DNA from: Mycolicibacterium smegmatis
Lineage (GTDB): Bacteria > Actinomycetota > Actinomycetes > Mycobacteriales > Mycobacteriaceae
NCBI RefSeq assembly: GCF_001457595.1
Contig: NZ_LN831039.1
Coordinates: 1,050,001 to 1,082,000, forward strand
Length of the DNA stretch: 32,000 nt
Direction of reading: 5' to 3'
Part shown: positions 17,523 through 24,749 of the stretch, one piece after another
Layout: each line of letters begins with the position of its first letter
Numbering within the stretch: position 1 is the first letter of the stretch
The notes under the pieces: model-generated
What the model was told of the DNA's origin: nothing
Database searches by the model: none
The model's input: only the letters and a program-made list of their open reading frames with translations
Position numbers and translations under genes: made by a program

Positions 17523-18503
17523 GTGGCGTTCCCGAGGCATCGGCCCCGTCGACTGCGGACCACACCGGCCATGCGCCGGTTGGTGGCCCAGACCTCGCTG
17601 GAGCCAAGGCATCTGATCCTTCCGATGTTCGTCGCCGACGGCATCGACGAACCACGGCCGATCAACTCGATGCCCGGAGTGGTTCAGCACACCCGGGATT
17701 CGCTTCGCCGGGCCGCGGCCGACGCCGTCGCCGCCGGTGTGGGCGGACTGATGCTGTTCGGCGTGCCGCTCGACGAGGACAAGGACGCCACCGGGTCGGT
17801 GGGCGTGGATCCCGACGGCATCCTCAACGTCGCATTGCGTGATCTGGCCAAGGATCTCGGCGACTCGACGGTGTTGATGGCCGATACGTGCCTCGACGAG
17901 TTCACCGACCACGGCCACTGCGGCGTACTGGACGCCCACGGGCGCGTCGACAACGACGCCACCAACCTGCGTTACGTGGAACTGGCTGTGGCCCAGGCAG
18001 ATTCGGGCGCCCACGTGGTGGGTCCCAGCGGCATGATGGACGGGCAGGTCGCCGCGATCCGCGACGGCCTCGACGCCGCGGGGCACACCGACGTGGCGAT
18101 CCTCGCTTACTCCGCGAAATTCGCCTCGGCGTTCTACGGGCCGTTCCGTGAGGCGGTGTCCTCCAGCCTGACCGGTGACCGCCGCACCTACCAGCAGGAC
18201 GCGGGCAACATCCGCGAGGCCGTGCGCGAGATCGAACTCGACATCGACGAGGGCGCCGACATGGTCATGGTGAAGCCCGCCATGAGCTACCTAGACGTGG
18301 TGCGCGCGGCGGCCGAGATCTCGCCGGTTCCGGTGGCGGCCTATCAGATCTCCGGCGAGTACTCGATGATCAGCGCCGCGGCCGCCAACGGCTGGATCGA
18401 CCTGCAGACCGCCGCACTCGAGTCGCTGGTCGGTATCCGCCGCGCGGGCGCCGACCTCATCCTGACCTACTGGGCGGCCGACGTCGCCGGTTGGCTGGCG
18501 TGA
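17523..18503 (+). CDS. hemB: Porphobilinogen synthase (delta-aminolevulinate dehydratase)
   Basis: GTG 17523 is preceded by AAAGGAG (17508-17514). The translation VAFPRHRPRRLRTTPAMRRLVAQTSLEPRHLILPMFV matches the HemB N-terminus as I recall it. Diagnostic motifs include MVKPA (active-site Lys) and YQISGEY. The track ORF start at 17493 lies inside the palindromic repeat and is probably not used. Confidence 0.92.
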   Translation: MAFPRHRPRRLRTTPAMRRLVAQTSLEPRHLILPMFVADGIDEPRPINSMPGVVQHTRDSLRRAAADAVAAGVGGLMLFGVPLDEDKDATGSVGVDPDGILNVALRDLAKDLGDSTVLMADTCLDEFTDHGHCGVLDAHGRVDNDATNLRYVELAVAQADSGAHVVGPSGMMDGQVAAIRDGLDAAGHTDVAILAYSAKFASAFYGPFREAVSSSLTGDRRTYQQDAGNIREAVREIELDIDEGADMVMVKPAMSYLDVVRAAAEISPVPVAAYQISGEYSMISAAAANGWIDLQTAALESLVGIRRAGADLILTYWAADVAGWLA

Positions 18504-18931
18504 CCGACTCCATGACCGAGCAGCGGCCGGGGTCCGACCCTCGCCCTGAGGATGTCGACACCGGGTTCTGGCTGTGGGCCGTCGCGCTGCCGCTGTTGGT
18601 CGCCGGGTACCTGATCGATGCCGTCACCGGTTCGACGGATGACGAGCGGGCGCTGATGATCGTGCTGGCCGTGATGTCCATGATCGTGCTGTCGTCGATC
18701 GTGGTGACGTTTCTGATCCTGATGCGCCAGGGCTATCGCTGGACGCGGACCATCCTGACCAGCGGTGGGCTGGTCTCGGTGATCCATGTCGCCACCAGCC
18801 TGTTCGGCGCCGACCGGCCACCTGCCGCGGCGATCGGCTATGCGCTGACCGGGATCTTCGGATCGGTCCTCATCGTCGGTGGCGTGTACCTGCTGCACCG
18901 CAAGGACGCCAACAGCTTCTTCAACCGGTGA
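18491..18931 (+). CDS. Small integral membrane protein, 4 predicted TM helices (Rv0513-like)
   Basis: Hydrophobic segments are FWLWAVALPLLVAGYLIDAV, LMIVLAVMSMIVLSSIVVTFLIL, GGLVSVIHVATSLFG and IGYALTGIFGSVLIVGGVYLL. Start candidates are TTG 18491, GTG 18500 (GTGA overlap with the hemB stop) and ATG 18512. Confidence 0.7.
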   Translation: MAGVTDSMTEQRPGSDPRPEDVDTGFWLWAVALPLLVAGYLIDAVTGSTDDERALMIVLAVMSMIVLSSIVVTFLILMRQGYRWTRTILTSGGLVSVIHVATSLFGADRPPAAAIGYALTGIFGSVLIVGGVYLLHRKDANSFFNR

Positions 18932-18942
18932 TTCGCTAGGCT

Positions 18943-19347
18943 GTGCCGACAATGTGCCCCTCACAGTCGCCGCCGTCGGAACCGGCCCGCGCGAAGTCCC
19001 TCGTCGAGACCGTCGGATTCGTCTTCTGGTTGGTCGCCGCGGTACTGCTGATGGTGGGTGGCATGATCGCGGCCTCGGTGTCGCTGCCCGGCCTGGACAC
19101 CGGACTGTTCCGTGGCGTGGGCGTGCTCATCGCCGTCGCCGGGGCGGGCATGGCGTTCCTGGCCGGCCGCAGCCGAAACGGTGATCCCCGGTTCCGTCGC
19201 GCGGCGATGGCGCTCTCGGTGGCGATCGTGGTGATCGTGGCGCTCACCGCACGACTCGGTGTGGTGCACATCCTGACCTTGATCGGCATCGTGCTGCTGA
19301 TCGTCGGGACGATCCTGAACGCCCTGCCGAGGAGAGACCGTGACTGA
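18943..19347 (+). CDS. Small integral membrane protein, 4 predicted TM helices (Rv0514-like)
   Basis: Hydrophobic segments are VGFVFWLVAAVLLMVGGMIAA, GVGVLIAVAGAGMAFLAG, AAMALSVAIVVIVALTA and ILTLIGIVLLIVGTILNAL. The start is GTG 18943 or ATG 18952. Confidence 0.7.
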   Translation: MPTMCPSQSPPSEPARAKSLVETVGFVFWLVAAVLLMVGGMIAASVSLPGLDTGLFRGVGVLIAVAGAGMAFLAGRSRNGDPRFRRAAMALSVAIVVIVALTARLGVVHILTLIGIVLLIVGTILNALPRRDRD

Positions 19348-19876
19348 ACCCGCAGGCCACGAACCTCCCGAAGCGGCAGGGAGGTCCGGGGTCCCGGACG
19401 CGTCCGGCGCCGCCCCGGCCGGGGAGGTCCTGTTCTACGAGCAGGGCGCGAGTTGGGCGTGGTTGTTGTCCGGCCCGATCGCGGGTGTCGGCATGGCGAT
19501 CCTGCAGCGCACCGGCGGTTACGGCTATGACCTGTGGATCCCGCTGATCTTTTTGGTCCTGGTGTCCGGATTCATCGCGATCCAGATCAAGGCGGCTCGC
19601 ATCCACACCTCGGTCGAACTCACTCGCGAGACGCTGCGGCAGGGGACCGAGATCATCTCCATCGACGAGATCGTGGACATCTACCCCGAGGCGAGTGGTT
19701 CCGAGGTGCCCAAGTGGCAGTCGGCGCGTGCACTCGGCGAGCTCACCGGCGTCCCGCGCGGCCGGACCGGTATCGGGCTCAAGCTGACGGGTAAACGGGT
19801 GGCGCAGGCATGGGCACGACGGCATCGCACGCTTCGGGCCGCGCTGCAGCAGCTGGTGGAAGAGCGCACGCCGTGA
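19340..19876 (+). CDS. DUF3093-like membrane protein (2 TM plus soluble C-terminal domain)
   Basis: GTG 19340 overlaps the previous stop by 8 nt, 178 aa. The TM segments are WAWLLSGPIAGVGMAIL and LWIPLIFLVLVSGFIAIQI. The C-terminus LGELTGVPRGRTGIGLKLTGKRVAQAWARRH resembles the actinobacterial DUF3093 family as I recall it. Confidence 0.65.
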   Translation: MTEPAGHEPPEAAGRSGVPDASGAAPAGEVLFYEQGASWAWLLSGPIAGVGMAILQRTGGYGYDLWIPLIFLVLVSGFIAIQIKAARIHTSVELTRETLRQGTEIISIDEIVDIYPEASGSEVPKWQSARALGELTGVPRGRTGIGLKLTGKRVAQAWARRHRTLRAALQQLVEERTP

Positions 19877-20103
19877 AGGTTCGCGCGGTGTTGCAGATCG
19901 TGATCGCGGTGGTGGCCGCGGTCGGCTGTGTGGTGAGTTGGGTCGCGTCGAGAGCGACCGTCGAGGTCGCGCCGGTGCTGCCGGGGGAGCCGGTCACGTA
20001 TTCGGTGACGTACTCGGCGCCGATGCTCACCTTGGCGCTGCTGCTCGCGACGGTCGCGGGCGTGCTCGCCGTGCTCGGCGTCGCCAACGCGCTGCGCCGC
20101 TGA
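19873..20103 (+). CDS. Very small membrane protein (about 76 aa, 2 TM), hypothetical
   Basis: GTG 19873 forms a GTGA overlap with the previous stop (19874-19876). The translation is VKVRAVLQIVIAVVAAVGCVVSWVA...MLTLALLLATVAGVLAVLGVA. The track ORF start at 19810 would overlap the upstream gene by 67 nt. Confidence 0.55.
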   Translation: MKVRAVLQIVIAVVAAVGCVVSWVASRATVEVAPVLPGEPVTYSVTYSAPMLTLALLLATVAGVLAVLGVANALRR

Positions 20104-20184
20104 TCGCCGATCGTCACAAGGCCGAGATGTTCGACGTGAGCACCCTCACACGCGCTTGGTACAAAGTACGCAATCTGTAACACT

Positions 20185-21060
20185 GTGTCCATGACGGAGT
20201 TGGCGGAAAGCCGCGCAGAAACCGACGCCCTGCCTCTCGGGCCACAGTCGCTGGTGTGGAAGTACTTCGGCGACAACCGCATGTTCCTCATCGGACCCCG
20301 GCCCGCCGTGCTTCAGAACATGCTGGCCGAACTCGGACAGGGCGTGCTGGACCACTCGACGTTCTTCTCCGACACCGCCGAACGCCTGCGGCGCACCATC
20401 CCGCCCATCTTCCGCACGGTGTACGGCACCGAGGAGGACAACGCGGGCACCCAGGTCCGAGACTTCCATCATCACGTGAAGGGCGATATGCCCGGACCGG
20501 ACGGTAAGCCCGCGGGCCGCTACCACGCCCTCGATCCGGACACGTACTACTGGGCCCACGCGACGTTCGTCGAACAGGTCATCTACTTCGCGGACACCTT
20601 CGTCAAGCGACTCACGCGCGAGGAGAAGGAACGGATCTACCTGGAGTCCAAGACCTGGTACCGGCGTTACGGTGTCAGCGACCGGCCCATGCCGGCCGAC
20701 TATGCCGAATTCGAGAAGTACTGGGACCGCATGCTCAACGAGGTGGCCGTTCCGCACAAGAGCGCCAAGTACGGCGTCGGGTACGTCACCAAGGGTTTTC
20801 CCTGCCCCAAGGCCGTGCACCCGGCGGTGTGGCGCGTCGTCGCGCTGGTGTTCAACCCGCTCGCGGCGTTCCTCACCACCGGTGGCCTGCCACCACGCGC
20901 CCGCGACCTGCTCGGGTTGCCATGGAGCGAGCGTCAGGAACAGCGCTATCAGCGGTTCGCGGCATTCTGGAGGTCCCGCCCGGTCAATTGGGTGTGGGAT
21001 CATCTGCCGATGAGCGTGCGCTACAGCAAATACGCCCGGCAGGCCTATGCCCGGGCCTGA
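20185..21060 (+). CDS. MpaB-family oxygenase (DUF2236; MpaB/rubber-oxygenase catalytic-domain family)
   Basis: 291 aa. [49 protein letters not shown]...[10 protein letters not shown]...[16 protein letters not shown] follows the DUF2236 consensus closely. The start is GTG 20185 or ATG 20191. Confidence 0.8.
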   Translation: MSMTELAESRAETDALPLGPQSLVWKYFGDNRMFLIGPRPAVLQNMLAELGQGVLDHSTFFSDTAERLRRTIPPIFRTVYGTEEDNAGTQVRDFHHHVKGDMPGPDGKPAGRYHALDPDTYYWAHATFVEQVIYFADTFVKRLTREEKERIYLESKTWYRRYGVSDRPMPADYAEFEKYWDRMLNEVAVPHKSAKYGVGYVTKGFPCPKAVHPAVWRVVALVFNPLAAFLTTGGLPPRARDLLGLPWSERQEQRYQRFAAFWRSRPVNWVWDHLPMSVRYSKYARQAYARA

Positions 21061-21640
21061 CGCGGCCAGTCGAGCGATCCTGGACGCAGCACTCGTCGAG
21101 TTCGAGCGCTACGGGTTCCGTCGCGTCGCACTCGACGATGTCGCGCGGCGTGCCGGTGTCAGCCGCACCACGATCTACCGCCGGTTCGCCAACCGCGACG
21201 ACCTGGTGGGCGCGGTGATCGAACGCGAAAACGTCTCGCTGTTCGCAGACATCGCGGCCGAACTCAAGGACGCCAAGCCGCAGTCCAACATCTACGTCGA
21301 GGCGTTCACGCTGTCGATCCTGAGGTTCCGCCGACACCGCGTGCTCAACCAGATGATGAAGGACGAGCCCGCGCTGGTCCTCGAGCTCGCGCACCGGCAC
21401 TACGGCGCCGCGATCGAACGCATGGCCGCCGCGCTGCGGGTGATCTTCCCTGAGGGTTTCGCCGACCGGATCGGGGAGGCCGCGGTCAACGACCTGGCCG
21501 ACACCATCCTGCGGTACGCGCTGATGGCGCTCTTGATCCCGAGCGTCGAACCCCTCGAGACCGCCGACGACATCCGCTCGTTCGCCACCCGGCATTTCCT
21601 GCCGAGCCTGCCGGTGTCGTTACGCGTGGTGCCTGCCTGA
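21047..21640 (+). CDS. TetR-family transcriptional regulator
   Basis: 197 aa. The N-terminal TetR HTH is [43 protein letters not shown]. The gene overlaps the oxygenase gene by 14 nt. Confidence 0.88.
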   Translation: MPGPDAASRAILDAALVEFERYGFRRVALDDVARRAGVSRTTIYRRFANRDDLVGAVIERENVSLFADIAAELKDAKPQSNIYVEAFTLSILRFRRHRVLNQMMKDEPALVLELAHRHYGAAIERMAAALRVIFPEGFADRIGEAAVNDLADTILRYALMALLIPSVEPLETADDIRSFATRHFLPSLPVSLRVVPA

Positions 21641-21744
21641 TCGGCCACGCCACACCTCGGCGCGTCGGCCGCAGAGAAGTTCCCTACGGAACCGACTCCC
21701 GCGCATCCGGTTTGGTGCTGTACGCGTTCGGGCAGCCGACATCC

Positions 21745-21957
21745 ATGACCACCGACAACAGCAAGCGCACCGAAGCGCCCCCGATCACCGATGCGCACCG
21801 TGAAGAAGCCAAGCGCGTGATGCGGGCATACGACGAAGATCGTCCCACCACGGTCCTGCCCGGAAGCGGCGGAACCGTGGCCGGAACTGCCGTGACCGAC
21901 TGGGTGGACGACGACGGCGAGCCGATCTTCGGCGAGCAGGGCGAGAAAGCCGAGTAG
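21745..21957 (+). CDS. Small acidic hypothetical protein (70 aa from ATG 21745; TTG 21712 would give 81 aa)
   Basis: The open frame has mycobacterial codon bias (G/C at third positions). The translation is MTTDNSKRTEAPPITDAHREEAKRVMRAYDEDRPTTVLPGSGGTVAGTAVTDWVDDDGEPIFGEQGEKAE. I recognise no family. Confidence 0.5.
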   Translation: MTTDNSKRTEAPPITDAHREEAKRVMRAYDEDRPTTVLPGSGGTVAGTAVTDWVDDDGEPIFGEQGEKAE

Positions 21958-21984
21958 GCCGATGTGAGGGGCGCGTGACCTACT

Positions 21985-22476
21985 GTGGCTCCCGTGACCC
22001 CCTTCGAACAGATCGCCCCCGCCTTCGTCGAGATGGCCCACTCGATCGTGTGGGCCTCGGCCGCCACGGTCGACGCCGACGGTCGCCCCAGAAGCCGTGT
22101 TCTCCATCCGATCTGGGAGTTCGACGGTCCAGATCTGTTCGGGTGGATCGCCACGGTGCCCTCACCGGTCAAGCGGGCGCACCTGGCCGAACACCCCTAC
22201 ATGTCGCTGAACTACTGGGCGCCCAACCACGACACGTGCTCGGCCGAGTGTCTGGTCGAGTGGTACACCGACGACGAGACCTGCCGACTGGTCTGGGACA
22301 AATTCGCCAACGGCCCCGCGCCCGTCGGTTACGACCCGAACATCATCCCGCAGTGGCGTGGCGGCCCGACGTCGCCGGAGTTCGCTGCACTGCGTCTTGC
22401 ACCGTATCGCCTGCGCGTGATGCCAGGGACTGTGATGACGGCCGGCGAGGGCGAGCCCTTGCTGTGGCAGTCGTGA
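21985..22476 (+). CDS. Pyridoxamine 5'-phosphate oxidase-like split-barrel (FMN/F420-binding superfamily) protein
   Basis: 163 aa. The pattern is IVWASAATVDADGRPRSRVLHPIWEFDG...GWIATVPSPVKRAHLAEHPYMSLNYW...ALRLAPYRLRV, with an early DGRP(R/H)SR strand and a C-terminal strand ending in RV. This is typical of PNPOx-like family proteins. The start is GTG 21985 or 21994. Confidence 0.65.
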   Translation: MAPVTPFEQIAPAFVEMAHSIVWASAATVDADGRPRSRVLHPIWEFDGPDLFGWIATVPSPVKRAHLAEHPYMSLNYWAPNHDTCSAECLVEWYTDDETCRLVWDKFANGPAPVGYDPNIIPQWRGGPTSPEFAALRLAPYRLRVMPGTVMTAGEGEPLLWQS

Positions 22477-23101
22477 GAGACCGGTGGATGAATGCATCCC
22501 TAGCACATCCGCGTCGTCGCATGTGTGAAAATCATGAGGACGTGACATTCATCACGACCCGGAATAGTTGCCCACGCAAGTTGCGGTTTCCGCACCCGCT
22601 GCAGTTAACGGAGTCGGGCCGTCGATACGGCGGCGAAGATCATCCGGCAGATTGGCGCCTGGTTAAACCCGCGTAAACACTGGTACCGCCGGTCCGTGCC
22701 GGAAAAGGTTTTGCCTCACGGTGAATATGTGACCTGAATTGCACTTCACGGGTAAAAGCGGAGGTAACCGACGGTTGCCGCAGCACCCTCACAGCTTGGG
22801 CCAAGGTGACGTGCAGCGCACGCCTGCCGGTGCCGGATGTCGGCCACCGCAAACTGTCAGGGTCTGCCAGAAAGTCGGCCAGCAAACTTACTCGCGGCTG
22901 TTGCGCGGAGGGCGGTTGTGGGACGTATCCGTTGCTGCCGCGCGCCCTGGCGTTTATGTTTCTGCTGCCAACTGTGAGCGAGGCATTAGAGACAGATGTG
23001 ATCCTCTTAGATCTCCGAAGTCTCTGAACAGGTGTTGAGCCGGTTGCAGACAACAAAACAGGTGGGCCTGAGGGGCCGCCGGCGATACAGCTAGGGAGAA
23101 C
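22477..23101 (+). promoter_or_regulatory. Long (625 nt) non-coding region upstream of mspA: promoter, upstream elements and 5' UTR
   Basis: This is the longest non-coding stretch in the window and is visibly less G+C-rich than its surroundings. The ORFs listed in it have no codon bias or protein-like sequence. The mspA SD GGGAGA lies at about 23093-23098. The exact promoter cannot be placed from sequence alone. Confidence 0.55.
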
Positions 23102-23737
23102 ATGAAGGCAATCAGTCGGGTGCTGATCGCGATGGTTGCAGCCATCGCGGCGCTTTTCACGAGCACAGGCACCTCTCACGCAGGCCTGGACAACGAGCTG
23201 AGCCTCGTTGATGGCCAGGACCGCACCCTCACCGTGCAGCAGTGGGACACCTTCCTCAATGGTGTGTTCCCCCTGGACCGCAACCGTCTTACCCGTGAGT
23301 GGTTCCACTCCGGTCGCGCCAAGTACATCGTGGCCGGCCCCGGTGCCGACGAGTTCGAGGGCACGCTGGAACTCGGCTACCAGATCGGCTTCCCGTGGTC
23401 GCTGGGTGTGGGCATCAACTTCAGCTACACCACCCCGAACATCCTGATCGACGGCGGTGACATCACCGCTCCGCCGTTCGGCCTGAACTCGGTCATCACC
23501 CCGAACCTGTTCCCCGGTGTGTCGATCTCGGCAGATCTGGGCAACGGCCCCGGCATCCAGGAAGTCGCAACGTTCTCGGTCGACGTCTCCGGCGCCGAGG
23601 GTGGCGTGGCCGTGTCGAACGCCCACGGCACCGTGACCGGTGCGGCCGGCGGTGTGCTGCTGCGTCCGTTCGCCCGCCTGATCGCCTCGACCGGTGACTC
23701 GGTCACCACCTACGGCGAACCCTGGAACATGAACTGA
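23102..23737 (+). CDS. mspA: Major outer-membrane porin MspA precursor (27-aa signal peptide plus 184-aa mature protein)
   Basis: 211 aa. The signal peptide is MKAISRVLIAMVAAIAALFTSTGTSHA. The mature protein runs GLDNELSLVDGQDRTLTVQQWDTFLNGVFPLDRNRL...TYGEPWNMN. It is essentially identical to the M. smegmatis MspA sequence as I remember it, except Gly at mature position 91. Confidence 0.97.
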   Translation: MKAISRVLIAMVAAIAALFTSTGTSHAGLDNELSLVDGQDRTLTVQQWDTFLNGVFPLDRNRLTREWFHSGRAKYIVAGPGADEFEGTLELGYQIGFPWSLGVGINFSYTTPNILIDGGDITAPPFGLNSVITPNLFPGVSISADLGNGPGIQEVATFSVDVSGAEGGVAVSNAHGTVTGAAGGVLLRPFARLIASTGDSVTTYGEPWNMN

Positions 23738-23772
23738 TTCCTGGACCGCCGTTCGGTCGCTGAGACCGCTTG

Positions 23773-23860
23773 AGATCGGCGCGTCCCGCTCCCGGTGTCG
23801 TCAGCTCATCGTTGACACGTGAACTGACACTCTTCCTAGCCGGAGCGGACGCGCCGATCT
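23773..23860. terminator. Long inverted repeat between convergent mspA and the Ddn-like gene: about 21-bp stem with two 1-nt bulges and a 44-nt loop; candidate bidirectional terminator
   Basis: The left arm is AGATCGGCGCGTCCCGCTCCCGG (23773-23795). The right arm is CCGGAGCGGACGCGCCGATCT (23840-23860). There is no U-tract. A smaller hairpin, CTGAG-N5-CTCAG, follows at about 23867-23881. Confidence 0.4.
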
Positions 23861-23877
23861 TGTGTTCTGAGCAGTTC

Positions 23878-24261
23878 TCAGTCCGTCCGCCGCAACACCA
23901 GCGCTGACGGCGTACGCAGCCTGCCCACCACCGCGCGCCAGGGACGCCCCAGCCTGGGCACCACCTCAGCGGTCGGCACGATGCGCGGATCGGTCACCTC
24001 GAACGTCTCACCGTTCATCACCGCGCGGCCGCCGCGGGCCGCGAACAGGTTGCGCACCCAGTCCCGGTCCTCGCCGTACGGCAGCAGGATCGCGACACCG
24101 TCGGCGACACGGAACATGGTCACCGGGGTGCGGTAGACGGTTCCGCTGCGACGCCCGAGGTGCTCGATCAGTGACCACATCGCCACCCGTCCCGACAGAG
24201 GACGCACTATCCGATTGATGACACGCCGGTTGAACCGGGCGCGCTCGTCGGCCAACAGCAT
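23878..24261 (-). CDS. Small split-barrel protein, Ddn-like/DUF385 deazaflavin (F420H2)-dependent nitroreductase family (tentative), paralogue 1
   Basis: ATG 24261, 127 aa. The translation is MLLADERARFNRRVINRIVRPLSGRVAMWSLIEHLGRRSGTVYRTPVTMF...ILLPYGEDRDWVRNL. The upstream 69 codons of the track ORF are Arg/Ser/Pro filler. Confidence 0.65.
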   Translation of the reverse strand: MLLADERARFNRRVINRIVRPLSGRVAMWSLIEHLGRRSGTVYRTPVTMFRVADGVAILLPYGEDRDWVRNLFAARGGRAVMNGETFEVTDPRIVPTAEVVPRLGRPWRAVVGRLRTPSALVLRRTD

Positions 24262-24283
24262 CAGATGTGACCTTCCGATCCGA

Positions 24284-24664
24284 CTAGACCCGACGAAGCA
24301 GGACGGCCTGCTCGAACGGCAACCGCGCGAGCACCTTCCGGATGGGGCCACGCACCCGCGCGACGGCCTCGTCGCGCGGGACCACCCGCGGATCGGTGAC
24401 GCGGATCGTCTTGCCATGCCTGCGCATGTCTGCGGTGCCCGCGGCCGTGAGGTTCTTGAGCCAGTCACGGTCGGGGCCGTAGGTCAGCAGGATCGCGACA
24501 CCCTCGTCGGTGCCGAACACCGACAGCGGGGTGCGGTAGTGCTTTCCGGACTTGCGCCCGACGTGTTCGAGGATGCCGAACGTCGGTGCCCATCCCGCCC
24601 AGATCCGCTGGATGGGGTTGGTGACATGACGGTTGAACCGGGCCAGCCATTGCGGAAGTTGCAT
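24284..24664 (-). CDS. Small split-barrel protein, Ddn-like/DUF385 family (tentative), paralogue 2
   Basis: ATG 24664, 126 aa. The translation is MQLPQWLARFNRHVTNPIQRIWAGWAPTFGILEHVGRKSGKHYRTPLSVF...ILLTYGPDRDWLKNL. It is collinear with paralogue 1 along its whole length. Confidence 0.65.
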   Translation of the reverse strand: MQLPQWLARFNRHVTNPIQRIWAGWAPTFGILEHVGRKSGKHYRTPLSVFGTDEGVAILLTYGPDRDWLKNLTAAGTADMRRHGKTIRVTDPRVVPRDEAVARVRGPIRKVLARLPFEQAVLLRRV

Positions 24665-24749
24665 GGGGCCATCATGCGCATACGCCGTCCGTGCGGACCA
24701 GATTTTCGAATTCCGTTTGCGCGGCGCGGTTTTTGTCGAAACTGAACGC

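Noticed and set aside
22739-23038. ORFs of 99, 73 and 72 aa inside the mspA upstream region (22739..23038 +, 22806..23027 +, 22954..23172 -).
   Set aside because: They show no codon bias typical of the surrounding genes and have Cys/Arg-rich improbable sequences. They overlap each other and have no RBS-plus-start arrangement. I treat the region as non-coding regulatory or UTR sequence instead.
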